Assembly: GCA_964016885.1 (NCBI GenBank)
Contig: OZ024742.1
Coordinates: 75,082,001 to 75,146,000 of the forward strand
Source: Eledone cirrhosa
Lineage: Eukaryota
Reading direction: 5' to 3'
DNA: 64,000 bases
Shown: positions 1-13,670 of the stretch, piece after piece
How the letters are laid out: every line of letters begins with the position of its first letter
Numbering within the stretch: position 1 is the stretch's first letter
The notes under the pieces: generated by a model
What the model saw: the letters and a program-made list of their open reading frames with translations, nothing else
Told to the model about the DNA's origin: nothing
Database searches by the model: none
Program-made: the position numbers and the translations under genes

Positions 1-604
1 TTGTTAAAGTTTATAAGCATGAGAACAATATAGTTAGGATAGACACTGATCTTGCAGAAGAGAGACATGAAATAAAAGCTTATACAAATCTCTTACACAG
101 AGACATTGGTAGTCTACTCAATGCTCGAACAAAATTGAAAAAAGGACCAATTCACTGAGAATGTTATATGTACTTGAGACGAAAACAGAGATCATACAGG
201 AGATAAACTATACTGAAATCCTGACAAGGTTTTCCGACAAGTTCATAACAACCCACCTTGAACGATATCTCCATGCACTCCAAGAACAAGAAGTCCTTAC
301 CTAGTACCTACTGTTAAAAAAAGTCATCAGTTGACAATAAATGTAGGCTTTGCAAAATAATGACCGAAGATGTTAATCCTATTGTTGTCATTTATGAAAG
401 GATGGCTTTTCATTGCTACTTCTCCATAAGGCATGATGGGATAGCTAGATAGATCTGGAGTGCATTACAGAAGACCGAAATCGATCAAATAGAGAGGAAT
501 ATGTTGAGACTCATGGCTTAAATGAAAACTGGTGGAACCTAAAAATAAAAGCTGTCACCAAATTAAAGCTCAACCTGCCTGATATTGTTGATTGTAACCA
601 CATA
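1..604 (+). mobile_element. Decayed C-terminal fragment of a restriction-like-endonuclease non-LTR retrotransposon (R4/Dong-like)
   Basis: Manual translation of ~270-600 across stops and frameshifts gives QEQEV..., DNKCRLCK...EDV.....RHDGIA, and WWNLKIKAVTKLKLNLPDIV. These match the degenerate CCHC knuckle, RHD motif and PD motif of RLE-clade elements. Confidence 0.7.
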
Positions 605-606
605 TT

Positions 607-1735
607 AAAAATAAGCTTTGTAAGCTTTCTTCTTTGTTCGGATGGCATCTTTGACGTCTTGATTGAACCAAGAGGCCCTCCTGCCATCCGGCGCCAAACC
701 AAGCCTCTTTCACCCGCAGCATCTAACAACTGAAGCAGAAACTGCTGCGCTGAACAATCTCCACTCTGTCTCAATGTCGTCAGTTTGCTCAGGGAGTTCT
801 CTGAATTTGAATGCAATAGTAATTGCATACTTGGTCGTGACTTCCTTTTCCACCAATTCTTTCTACTTTATCCTGTAGGTCGCCCTGGATATGCCAGCTT
901 TGTAGGCTTCTTTGGTTTTAGGTAGTGTTAAATTGTAGATAACTAGGTGATTATCAGTTGACACCCCAGGCTCCCTCTTAACACAAACATGCATCACAGA
1001 ATCAAAGAGATCAGAGACCATTACAACAATTAATCACCCCTGTCCCTGATTCCCCTTATACCATGTATATTTATTGATGTCTGTACTGGAAGAAAGTGTT
1101 CATAATAGAGATTCCATTGCTAGAAAAGAAGTCTAGTAAGGCCTCTCCGTTAGTATTTAGATCGGGGTCTCCATTCTTTCCAATCATTCCTTTCCATATC
1201 AGGGGTCAGTGTCAACATGCGCATTGAATTCTCCCATCAGGATATATGACTCAGTCTTAACTACATCAAACGCTGCAGTGACATCATCAAGGAAGGACCT
1301 GCATTTGGACTCCTAGTTTGGTGCATAAACTTGCACCACCCAGAGAGACCCATCTTCAGCCTAAGTTTCAAGAGGCAAATCTTCCCTCTTAATGGGATCT
1401 TGTCCATAAAACATTCTGACAGCCGGGGGCTTGTAAGCATCCCCACTCACACCTGTGTAGTCATTTCTGGCACCACACCCGCGTAGTAGAGTTTCCATCT
1501 TCCATGCAAATCTACAGCTCCAGAGCCACGGAACTTTGTCGAGGGAACCCGGACTATAACTAGCCGGTAGAATATAGGCTCCTCCACTATCTTCCGCTCC
1601 TTACCTGTAAGGGTTGTGATGATCCAGGTTCTAATTGTCAAGGTTTGCTCCCTTCCGGACTCACTTTGGGGTCACGGGATACACAATCTTTGTGCGTCCA
1701 TGCCACGCCTCCCAGGACGGGTCGCATGACCATCG
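607..1735 (-). mobile_element. RTE-like LINE, 5' half (APE endonuclease + linker), inverted relative to its RT
   Basis: Minus-strand ORFs 1447..1641 (TIRTWIITTLTGKE...WKLYYAGV) and 1261..1446 (LTSPRL), then GEFNAHV, NTFF...KYTW and an NHLVI (DH-like) motif. The linker ends ...WFNQDVKDAIRTKKKAYKAY at about 610. Confidence 0.8.
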
Positions 1736-2077
1736 TCAGTTTTTGTAACATGAAATGGAGACTGCAATATATTTTTCAAACAGGTATGTTTTTTTTTTGT
1801 TTTCCCCTTCATATTGCAGTTTCAGTTGCAGTTTCGCACCAGTCACCAATTAGATACTTTGTCAACTACGTCACTGGGCTTTGAACATTTTTTTGGGAGC
1901 TATTGGTGTCACCCATTTCTCCACCTCCCGTAGCAGCTTACCGCTGTTGGTCTGGGGTTGCTTATTCGTCCGGCAGTTTCCCGCTTATATCGCAACTAGC
2001 TATCACACCTGGTGGCTGTGTCACTATCAGCCACCTGCGACACGTTCTCGAGCAGAACAGCTCTACCGAGAAGACTT

Positions 2078-2855
2078 CTACAACAAAAGAGTCATCCTTC
2101 TTGCATTTGCGGTATAAGCAGGCACAAAGAATCACAGTAGAGACAGTAAAGGCGTCCAAAGTTAAGACATGGTAGGACTCTGGGGTTAAGCTGGAATCCG
2201 ATATCATATCAGCAAATAAAGTGTTCTGGCACACCATCCGCCGACTTCGTAGTAAGAAGCCTTCCTCAATACCTGTTATCAAGAACGCACCTGAGATTCT
2301 CCTTTCTTCAGAGACATGATTCCTCGCCAGGTGGAAAGAATACTTTGCTGATCTCCTAAACCCGATCTCAACAGCATCTTCTGGTGTACACGAGGTGCAT
2401 ATGGGAGCGGTGATTAATCTCTCAGAGGCTGAGGTCACAAGACCAGATAAAGAGCTCAAATATGGCAAGGCCGTTGGGGAAGATGAAATCCGGCCCGAGA
2501 TGTTAAAAGCCTTAAATAGAGAAAGTATTCTCTGGCTGACTCGTGTGTGCCAGGTGGCCTGGATCTCTGGAAAGGCACCTAAGCAATGGCAATTGGGAGT
2601 GATAATCCAAATTTTCAAAAAGAGAGACAAGAGGCATTGTTCCAATTGTTAGGCTTCCCTTATAAAGTCTATGCTAAATGTCTGGCAAAGAGTTGCAGGG
2701 AAATTGCTGAATCCAAGCTAGCTGATAAACAGTGCAGTTTTCGCTTCGGACGCAGCACAGCTGACTAAATATTCACACTGCAGCAGGTCTTCGAAAAATG
2801 GTGGGAGTAATACCAAGAGGTATATTTTTATATTGTCGAACTTGAAAAGGCATTT
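2078..2855 (+). mobile_element. RTE-like LINE, linker and N-terminal RT region (pseudogenised, 3' part missing)
   Basis: SANKVFWHTIRRLR, RWKEYFADLLN, GKAVGEDEIRPEMLKAL, WQLGVIIQIFKKRDKRHCSNC, QCSFRFGRSTAD and VELEKAF correspond to RTE RT domains 0-3, with stops and frameshifts. Confidence 0.85.
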
Positions 2856-3513
2856 TTCCTTCTGACAAGAGTTGCGACCGGTAGATAGTATCAACGATAG
2901 AAAGACCAATGAAAACATTGTTTTATTACTCCGATTAGAGTAGGTTTACTTAATCGGTGGGCATATGAGGTCTTGGAGCTTGTCGATCGATTTTCCATGA
3001 TAGGTTGTTTAATATAATTTTTTCATGGAATTATAACTGAAGGTTTGATTATGAAATAAGAATTTTTGACTAAAACACAGTAACATAGAACTAGAGGCAG
3101 TTTCAAGTGGTTCGTTATCGAAAGGATTAAATATTTATAACGAATATTGATAATGGAAGTCCATATCGAGATTGTAGGTACATACTAGATTGATGGAACA
3201 ACTTCTAATTTGTTGCCTTATATAACAATTCAGTACATAACCTATATAGCAACTGCTCATAATATTTATTATTGCTGATTATAGTGCTGAGTTTAAAAAT
3301 AACGGTATCCTAGCGGATTCTAACTGAAATGTGCAGGTGTAATCAAAATTGCAACAAACAGTATATATTATAAGATTAACTATTTATACTTCCCGACACA
3401 TTTTGTATCTTATGACAGGTTATTCGCTTTATGTAGAAATACGAAAATAGATTTCTTGGTATATTTCATTGTTTTCTTTATTAAATATTGTTTTGCTTCA
3501 TACACACACAATC

Positions 3514-3555
<42 letters not shown>

Positions 3556-3582
3556 AATAGATAAATAAATATATATATATGT

Positions 3583-3852
<270 letters not shown>

Positions 3853-4550
3853 ATACTTTCATACAAAGACACACAGAGTTTCACTCCCGAACTGACACAC
3901 ATACACTCGCATAAACATATAAAAAACACACAGACATAATTCATACAAACACATACAGATTCACCCCCAGCGTTTATGTCAGTCGCCACAGAAATGTATT
4001 TATACTCACACACACATAAACTCTCACATACACTTATACACGTATACTTCTCAGTCACACATGTATAGATGTGTGTGTGTTTAATTCTTTGTGAATCTGA
4101 TTAAATATTTACGTGAAGATGTATGTGCATGTAACTTACTAAGTCCTAACGTAAGTAACAAACGCGTAAACACAGATACACACACACACTCATAAAAAAC
4201 AAAATGCGACGTCGTCGTTGTTGTCGCAGTGTTACAAATTATCAGTTTATTATAGTTAACTACAGAAAAATTATTTTAGATAAGCTGTTATATTTTTTTA
4301 ATCCAAATGAAAATTAAAAAAATACATATTGTTAATCCCGGGGTCTGATACTATTACCTTGTAAAATTTGATTTGATTTGGTCGAGTCATTTGAGAACAA
4401 ACAGATTGACAGAGAGGAAGAAAAAGAATTTTATATAGAGAGAGATAATATATATGCATATTATATACATATATATGTATATAATACATATATATAATAT
4501 ATATTAACTTATATATAATATATATTATTATATAATATATATATATATAT

Positions 4551-4707
4551 ATTAGAAAGTGAGTTTTTTTTTACAAAATGAAAAATAACCGAGGTGTCCT
4601 ACACGAGTGGAAGTATAAAGAAAAAGGGATGAAATCGAAAATGCAACTGAAGTCTTATTTTAAAAAAAAATAAGACTTCAGTTGCATTTTCGATTTCATC
4701 CCTTTTT

Positions 4708-4714
<7 letters not shown>
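4551..4714. mobile_element. Fold-back mini-element family B with a perfect ~47-bp-arm hairpin (4614-4714), in (TA)n
   Basis: tataaagaaaaagggatgaaatcgaaaatgcaactgaagtcttatttt is followed by its reverse complement. The same family occurs at 17025-17375 and 58910-59110. Confidence 0.8.
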
Positions 4715-4774
<60 letters not shown>

Positions 4775-4839
4775 CAAGGTTTAGCAAATAAGAAAAAGTT
4801 TTAAAATAAATTTTAAAAAATTCACTGTACCTGATATGG

Positions 4840-4929
4840 GAAAAATTACCGTACGGTTTCGAGTCTCAAAAATAAATGGATAGTCCTGGCGGGCCTTCAA
4901 TGAAAAGAAAAACTCTCGTCAGAAGGTTC
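4840..4929 (-). ncRNA. Hammerhead ribozyme motif (type I, weak stem I)
   Basis: Reverse complement reads CTGACGA gagt...actc GAAA ccgtacgg TA, with palindromic stem III and a GUA cleavage triplet. Stem I pairs poorly. Confidence 0.55.
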
Positions 4930-5228
4930 TTTTCACTCGGAGAATATAAAATTCCCGAGTTCGAATTACGAACTGGCGCTATTCAAAATTGTTCCCGAGA
5001 TGAGAATGAATGATGTGGAAGCAATTCTGTCCAGTGCCGTGTGCAAAGATAGAAGGCAGAAGCGGAGAGGTCAATCTACCACCACTATAAATAGCAGCAG
5101 TCAAAACGACCAAATGTTATCTCGATCAGGGGGAGGTTAATAATAATAAAGTATATATCCCTACACGCAAAATACATATAGGGACACATCTATTATCCAA
5201 CCATATGCCAATGTGGTTCTATGGCAGG

Positions 5229-5289
5229 TATATATATATGTATGTATGCATGTATGTATGTATATATATATATATATACATATATATAC

Positions 5290-5378
<89 letters not shown>

Positions 5379-6012
5379 TGTATATATATATATATATAGT
5401 TAAAAGAATAGAGGTGTAACACACAAGTTATTATATATTGGTAAACGGAATAGAAAATGCTGACAAATTGTTCACAGTTGAAAAATGGTTTAATTAGGAA
5501 TAAAAGAGTATTAGTAATTGTATGGGTTAGTATTCAGTTGTGGTTTTAAGTTTTTAAGTTTTTACCGGTTGCACATTTCTAAATGCTTTTCAAAAATAAT
5601 TTTGAGATAGAGCGTCCGTGTTGTTTGCTCTGATCTGATTAGTTTTGGGAATTCTACCTGTTTTTATGTTAAAAAAGTGGCTCCAGCGCTACTTTGGTGT
5701 TGCAAAAATTCTTGTGGTCAAAACAATTTTTATTGGTCGGTAGAGGTCTGTAAAAAATTGATTTTGCGCCAAGACTGTTTTTATGTTAAAAAAGTGGCCC
5801 CAGCGCTACTTGGTGTTTGCAAAAATTCTTGTGGTCAAAACAATTTTGATTGGTCGGTAGAGGTCATGTGAATAAAAAATTGATTTTGCGCCAAGATTGA
5901 GAAATGACTCTTTCACAACAAATATGTGTGTGTGTGTGTGTGTAGTAGTAGTAAGGTGTTCGATATTGTGATAATGGTTAGCAGGGATGTGTGTCAAATG
6001 GCTATTAAGAGA

Positions 6013-6054
<42 letters not shown>

Positions 6055-6161
6055 GCAGAGTAATTCGTGGTAGCAGAGATGGTCAGTAGGAATGTGTCTG
6101 TAAGCAGTGGGGGTATTTTAGCAGGTCAAAAGATATTTTTCAGCTTTTGTCTTATACGGAG

Positions 6162-6224
<63 letters not shown>

Positions 6225-6256
6225 AGTCTCTTTGTATGTTAATGTACGCGTGTGTA

Positions 6257-6328
<72 letters not shown>

Positions 6329-6472
6329 TGGACCATTATTTTTTCCCCCTGGTAAAATGGTGTACATTATTCGATTTTTTCAGTAAAATCGGTTCTCTTA
6401 ATAGAACATCAAAAAATCTTAACAATAAAAGGTGTGAAATGATATTCACTATATATATATATATACATATAT

Positions 6473-6517
<45 letters not shown>

Positions 6518-7144
6518 TTTTTTTGTGTTGCACGATACAGCATGTGTGTTTACGTATGTCATTGTGTTTATATGTGGGTAGAGATGTGTGATGATGTAGG
6601 TACGTATGTTGACGTGTGTATGTTGTGGGTTCGTCTTAGGGAGAAGTGTTTAGACGGGGTCCGTATTTGTTAATGAAGTAAGATTCCTTGCTGATGCGCT
6701 GGGTGTGGGTGGCATTATCTTTAAATTTGTAGAGGGGAAAGATTCTGAAGTTGGGATGATTTTGGGCGGCACAGGTATCAATGTGTTCACTCAGTGGTAT
6801 TTTCCTGTATTCCCGTATTTTAATTTGGGATCTATGGACAATCTACCGACCAATAAAAATTGTTTTGACCACAAGAATTTTTGCAACACCAAAGTAGCGC
6901 TGGAGCCACTTTTTTAACATAAAAACAGGTAGAATTCCCAAAACTAATCAGATCAGAGCAAACAACACGGACACTCTATCTCAAAATTATTTTTGAAAAG
7001 CATTTAGGAATGCGCAACCGGTAAAAACTTAAAAACTTAAAACCACAATTGAATACTAACCCATACAATTACTAGTACTCTTTTATTCCTAATTAAACCA
7101 CTTTTCAACTGTGAACAATTTGTCAGCATTTTCTATTCCGTTTA

Positions 7145-7182
<38 letters not shown>

Positions 7183-7190
7183 TGTATATA

Positions 7191-7274
<84 letters not shown>

Positions 7275-7307
7275 CATACATACATACATACATACATGCA
7301 TACATAC

Positions 7308-7310
<3 letters not shown>
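5229..7310 (-). mobile_element. 5'-truncated PLE: GIY-YIG C-terminal end, 3'UTR and inverted terminal repeat
   Basis: Minus 6840-6650 translates QIKIREYRKIPLSEHIDTCA...FPLYKFK...RISKESYFINKYGPRLN. Segment 5438-5745 is inverted at 6843-7150. There is an internal tandem duplication at ~5660-5895. Confidence 0.75.
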
Positions 7311-7344
<34 letters not shown>

Positions 7345-7368
7345 TATTCATTGTTTTTATTAATATAC

Positions 7369-7440
<72 letters not shown>

Positions 7441-7442
<2 letters not shown>

Positions 7443-7611
7443 CGAAGGAAATGTGGTAAGGAACCAAGTGGACCATAACGCACCAAAGTACTCAATACTT
7501 AGGGTAGTAGAGTGGGTAATAGGAACCAGTAAGACCCCAACGGCTGAGCTCAAGTCGTTTCGAATTAGCCGTCGAAACGGCTTCAGCTCAGCCGTCGGGT
7601 TCTTACTGGTT

Positions 7612-7615
<4 letters not shown>
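7441..7615. mobile_element. Mini-element family C with terminal hairpin containing the 3' half of an HHR, in (TA)n
   Basis: Homologous to 19738-19885 and 58845-58890. Contains GAAA cggct...agccg TC ggg. Hairpin spans 7519-7616. Confidence 0.7.
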
Positions 7616-7657
<42 letters not shown>

Positions 7658-7659
7658 GG

Positions 7660-9366
7660 AAAAATTTGAACAGGAACAAAACAGAGAGGCAGTACAACGA
7701 ATGTTTATTAATTTCACGCTCTGGAGAGTGGGGCGGTGGTGGGGAACGATGTTTCGGGCATAAGCCCTTCCTCAGGTGAGAAGTGTGTGGGAACAGAGTT
7801 CAAAGGGTGTGTAGGGGAGTGGTGGAGAGACATATAGCGAAAGGAAACGGTGCGAATGAAATTAAAAATAAAAATAAAAATAAAGCATGATCAAAATACA
7901 AGGAATGAAATAAAATTAAATATAAAAGCATGATCAAAATAAACTGAAATTAAAAAGGGGTAAAACAGGTGGTGGAAGGGTGTGGGGTGTGTAGGGGTGG
8001 TGGCGAGTGGAGTGGGGAGAGGGAGACGGGGTGTCCGAGCGGGGAGGGCTGAAGGTGGTGTGTGTGTGTAGGTGTACGTGAGTGTGTGTGTGTGTGTATG
8101 TGAAAGTAAGGGTTGGGGGAAGAACGGGGTTGCATGTTCAGGAAGAGGTGTGTGTGTGTGGTGGTGGTGGTGGTGATGGGGGGGGGGTTGTAGGTCGGAG
8201 TGTCTGTGCGTGTGTGGATAGAGGGGTGGAGGGAGAGTAATCAGGAGGCTGAGGGTGTAAATATGTGGTGGAAAGCACGTGTGTGTGGGGTTTAAGCGTG
8301 TTGTGGGTGTAGGTGGCGTTTGGAGAAAAAAATTTTTTTGTGTGTGTGTGGGTGAGTTATATAGGTGATTTCGTAAGCGGATGGTTGAAAAGTTGGTAAA
8401 TTCCTATGATGTTTAGTAGATTCCGTGGTGGTCAAGTTCCACATACGAGTATTCCATGAAGAGAAGGTCGGAAGAGGAGAGATGTGGGGTGTGCGCGCAA
8501 CAGGAAGTGGTCAAGCAGTGGGAGTGCTGTGTGTCTGTTTGTGCTGGAAGGTGGTCAGAGGGTATAGCAGCAGTCGGTGGAATGGTAAAGAGGCGAGGAT
8601 GGGTAGGTGTGAAAGTTGGAGTGGGGAGGGTGTGTGTGTGTATTAGTAGAGGTGTTAGTGGGATGAGTGAGTGTGGAGCGAGAGTGTGGGTGGAGCGGGG
8701 AGAGAAGGGTGTGTGTAGTTCTATGGAGGGAGTGTGGTGTACTGGTGTGTGTGTAGTTTGATGAAGGGGGTGTTAGTGGGTGTTAGTATACGGGAGGTGG
8801 GGAAGGGTTGAATGCAGGTGTGAGTGGGGGTTAGTGGTGGTAGGGTGTGTAGAGTTGGTGGTGTACGAGGGTGTGTGGGTACGTGTGCTTGGGGTTGGGG
8901 GGTGTTAGTGATGTTAGTTGCGTGTGGGATGGGTGGTGTAAGTGGGTGCGTGTGTTCGTGTGCTTGGGGTCAGGGGGTGTTAGTGAGGTTAGTTGCCGGG
9001 TGGTGGGATGGAGGTGTGGGGGTGAGGGTTAGTGGTGGTAGTAGGGTGTGTGTTTAGTGTGAGCGCGTGTATATATGTGCCGGTGGGTGTGTGCGTGTGA
9101 TAAGGAGTGGGGAGGAGGAGAAGAAGGGAGGGATGTTAGTATGTTAGTTGAGGAAGGGTGGTCGGATGAAGGGTGGAGTGGAGGTGTTAGTATTGTTAGT
9201 TGTGGGGTGGGCGGTGAAAAGGAGGGGTGTGTTAGTGGTGTTAGTGGGGGATACGTGTGGGGGGAGGGGGGCGGTCGAAGGCTAAAGGAATAAGGGTGGG
9301 GAGTTCAGGCTGGTGGGAGTGTGGGTCTGTAAGATGAAGATAGTTCTTTGTTCGACTCTAAGGCGA
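7660..9366 (-). mobile_element. PLE 3' stub (last ~25 codons of GIY-YIG domain plus long C/A-rich 3'UTR)
   Basis: Minus 9366-9290 reads RLRVEQRTIFILQTHTPTSLN, the typical PLE terminus R..EQ..IF.L.T..P..LN. An HHR motif lies near the 3' end. Part of the UTR recurs at 54680-54820. Confidence 0.65.
7746..7778 (-). ncRNA. Minimal hammerhead-like motif
   Basis: Reverse complement reads CTGAGGA a gggc ttat gccc GAAA catcg tt. Stem I is unclear. Confidence 0.5.
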
Positions 9367-9386
9367 TATACAATATATATATATAA

Positions 9387-9423
<37 letters not shown>

Positions 9424-9424
9424 C

Positions 9425-9546
9425 ATGTTGATGCCCTAAGGACAGACAGTGGTCTGTTGGAGGCGCAGGACATGGCAGCGATAACGAGGGACAGAGACCG
9501 CTGGAGAGAACTCGCCCATGGATCTCGGGAATTTTACCCGCCTTAG
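9425..9546 (+). mobile_element. RTE-type LINE extreme 3' end
   Basis: [39 protein letters not shown], near-identical to the 16446-16570 copy. TAG is followed directly by (AT)n. Confidence 0.8.
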
Positions 9547-9593
9547 ATATATATATATATATAAGATCAAAAGATGGTTAAAAGAGTTCCATG

Positions 9594-9664
9594 TATTTTA
9601 TAATGCGCATTTCAAAAACAAATATCATCATGCAATAACATTTGTGTTTTCATCAGATAAAATA
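9594..9664 (-). ncRNA. Hammerhead ribozyme (type I, family D)
   Basis: Reverse complement reads tattttat CTGATGA [stem II] GAAA tgcgca TT ataaaata, with an 8-bp stem I. Homolog at 30017-30087. Confidence 0.8.
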
Positions 9665-9908
9665 GGAAGACATGATATGAAGGTTAAACAACACTTGTGA
9701 ATAGTGCAGTTTTAAATCAACATATATTTTAATCTTATATACTATGTATACTCCAATCCTACAAACTGTAGAGTGCTTCTTATCCGATATCTGCATTACT
9801 TTATTGTACTACAATAAAACTCACCTCCTATATATATATATATATATATATAAATTAATAAAAGCAATGAATAAGAACAAAGAACAAATTCGTTATATTA
9901 AAAAAAAT

Positions 9909-10042
9909 CATCATTTTACGATCGTTTCTAGGATATATATGTGTGTTGGTATGTATATCATATAGATCTATGTAAACATTTTACAAACTATCAGAGGAAA
10001 TATACATACCTTCACATATATATGCTGTCTTCAGAAATAATG
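9909..10042 (-). ncRNA. Hammerhead ribozyme with ~100-nt stem II (inverted pLTR copy)
   Basis: Reverse complement reads cattattt CTGAAGA [long hairpin] GAAA cgatcg TA aaatgatg. Confidence 0.7.
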
Positions 10043-12396
10043 ATGTTTGGTTATTGAAAAAAAACAACAAAGATTTAATATAATAGTTCTGTTTGGGAAC
10101 AGGTTTTGAATTGCCCAATAAAAAATTAGTAAGAGGTCAAGTTGATAGAATAGTAGTAGTAGAAATTTAAAGGTGGTTTATATCGTGATGACTGTCTTCT
10201 TCTCTCTACTAACCTTAGCCTATCAGAAATTGAAAAAAAACAAAAAACTTATTAGAACTTTCCTCAAAGACTATTATAGTCTCACTAACTATTTTACTGG
10301 TATTTTCAAATGTAATAATTTCCTAGATATAACTTTAGACTTATCTACGTGTATCTACCAACCTTATCATAAACCTAACCAAAACTTACATTACATACAC
10401 TCACAATCCAATCACCCTAGATCTATCCTTAAAAACCTAGCATGTAATATCTCACTCAGAATTTCTAACCTTTCATCTAACCAGGATGTATTCGACAAAA
10501 ATGCGCCCTTTTATAACGAAGCTTTAGCTAGAAGCGACCACAAAAACAAATCAGTCTATATACCTTGCACCAATAATACTTCAAACATACAACCCAATAT
10601 TACCAACAAACACCAAATGAAATGTACACACCTAAATGCCACTCACACTACACCCCAAAATACCAACCTAAAACTTAATTTCTCTACCTCTTGAAATATA
10701 CAATATAATAACTTTCATAAAACCATTCATCCTAATACTCCAATATACGTTAATAACATTACTAACAAAATTCCTAATAATCAGACTAAAACACCTAAAT
10801 CAGTTAATCTAACTAAACCTATATATAATAAATTCACTAATACTAATTCTCTTAGTAAACATCCTGATACATCGTATAAATATAAAAAAAAAACAACATC
10901 GAAACCGTAATAGACGAATTACTTGGTATACTGCTCCATTTAATCTACAAATTAAAGATAATTTACCTAAAAATGTTTTTACTATCCTAGAGAAATACTT
11001 CCCGCCAAACCATAAATACCATCAAATTTTAAATAGATCAACTGTCAAATTTTCCTACTCCACTACCAAAAATATACAACGGAATATAAGTGCGTACAAT
11101 GCATATAAATGTAAACAAACCACAAATATACCACCAACACATCAAACCAACCATAATACTAAAATAAACCGCAACAAACCACCATCTCCTTCATATATAA
11201 CAAGTCGAGTAAATTCCACACCAAATTTGACTAAATCCCCTGATATAATATTCACGAATGGTTATAACTGTAGAAACAAAGGAAATTGCCAAATTAAAGG
11301 GAAATTGTCTTATTAATAACATAGTATATAAATATAAAATTAGCACTAAGGACTCAACTTATTCATATATAGGAGCTACGTCTAACCAATTTAAAGTAAG
11401 ATTTAATACCCACAAACATAGTTTTAAAAATGCCGCATTAGCTAATACAATATCATTGGCTGAAACAATTAATAATTATAGAAAAAAAGAATATCGATTA
11501 CAACCTGACCTGTAGTGTGCTCAAAAGGGCCTCCCCTTATCAAAATAACAGATACGAGTGTAGATTATGCTCCGAGGAACTTTTTGAAATAATGAAATCT
11601 AAGGATATCCTATTAAATAAGCGACAAAAATTAATTATATCTTGCAATCATAAAATTAGAAGAACTTTCAAATATTATAAACCTAATTAATATACACCTT
11701 ACACTTATATTTTACATATTATTATAATTAGTTTTTTTAATTTAGTTAACCTATAATTAGTACTTTACTACAGAGAACTTCATAATTTTATTTCCCTCTT
11801 ACAGTTCTCTTTTCCTAAAATTAATACCTAAAAGTATATATATAAATTAATTTAATTTCCTGTTATGAATCTAGATTCCTTATAGTCTATATAAGATTGG
11901 TATTTCTCACTACTACATTTATCCCAAAATTTTATTTTATTTCGTTTTTAACAACATTCTTTAATAACATCTAATTCTTATTTATCACATCCATATGAAT
12001 TAATATAAATTTATCCCTATAAGTATACCTATCAATTAATTTAATTTCTTGTTATAGATCTAAATTCCTTGTGTTTTAAATAAGATTGGTATTTTTCACT
12101 AACACCTTTACCCTAAAATTTTATTCTCCTTCGGTTTTAACATTCTTTAATAGCATCAAATTCTCGTGTACCCTTCACCGGCTTGACCTCTTTTCATCCC
12201 ACAGTATTCTTTTCATTCAAAGTATTCTTTCTATACAAAACTTAAGTCTGCATTCCTCTACCCCTAAATTAAATTTCTACTACTACTATTCTATCAACTT
12301 GACCTCTTACTACTTTTCTATTGGTCAATTCAAAACCTGTTCCCAAACAGACCTATTATATTAAATGCTTGTTGTTTTTTTTCAATAAACAAATAT

Positions 12397-12534
12397 CATT
12401 ATTTCTGAAGACAGCATATATATGTGAAGGTATGTATATTTCCTCTGACAGTTTGTAAAATATTTACATAGATCTATATGATATACATACCAACACACAT
12501 ATATATATATCCTAGAAACGATCGTAAAATGAGG
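12397..12534 (+). ncRNA. Hammerhead ribozyme with ~100-nt stem II (3' pLTR copy)
   Basis: cattattt CTGAAGA ... GAAA cgatcg TA aaatgagg. Stem II includes the ggtatgtatat/atatacatacc pairing. Confidence 0.7.
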
Positions 12535-12710
12535 AATTTTTTAATATAAGGAGCTGTTTCTTTGTTTTTATTCATTGTTTTTATTAATTTCTCTTGACTC
12601 TGTTTTCCTGGGATTTTCATCGAAAACCTTTGAATGCATCTTCTCTTTTCATGATATTTGGATTACATTGAGTTCTTCATACGGAATGGACACTACCGTA
12701 TATTTTGGTA

Positions 12711-12833
<123 letters not shown>

Positions 12834-12905
12834 GTATACATACTTATATTTAAGTAACAGCCGTACGAAGAGTGAGAAATGAGATTTCGTATAATTTTTT
12901 CTGTT

Positions 12906-13062
<157 letters not shown>

Positions 13063-13606
13063 TATTAATGAATTTGTATATAGTTTTTGTCATTGAAAGT
13101 TTCTATTATAGAGATTACTTTCCTCTTCTTCCTTTCGTCGGTCGCTATGAAAAATAACACTAAAATAATGCTTGATGTATTTCACGTCTGTGTGTGTTAG
13201 AGAATTTCTGATATTTATGGCTTCAATTGTCATATAGTAACGACATCGAAGTTGCTGTTAATGTTATTGTTGTCTTTAATGATGATGTGTTTGTTGTAAG
13301 TATCGTTTTTGTGGTTGATATTGTTGTAACAAGATCGATGCTAAATATTGGGATGTGATAGCAAAAATATATTATAGTACTTGATTCTAAAACTAATACA
13401 AGATAATATATGGTAGAGTAGAAGTAAAGTGTAGTAAATTATGACCTACTGATTTTATTAATATTACTATTAACAGAACAAGACTAGTGGATTGGCTGCG
13501 AGTTTCAAATCTGTATTTTCTGAGTTCAATTCTATATATACGTATCTATCTCTATCATTCCATATATAAAGTTGGTAAGGGGCAGGCGAAACAAGTTGGG
13601 GTATAT

Positions 13607-13670
<64 letters not shown>

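Larger units (their letters stand above)
9851..12590 (+). mobile_element. Penelope-like retroelement, 5'-truncated, with inverted pseudo-LTR at the 5' end
   Basis: GLYRDDCL at ~10175, NFLDITLDL...YHKPNQ..YIHSQSNHP, WYTAPFN, GIY-YIG IVYKYKI...YIGATSNQFKVRFNTHKHSF, and terminal CRLC..E...LNKR...CNH ending at 11690. Segment 9851-10170 is the reverse complement of 12268-12590. Confidence 0.9.

Noticed and set aside
1962-2645. 227-aa minus-strand ORF
   Set aside because: It is the antisense shadow of the RTE RT region.
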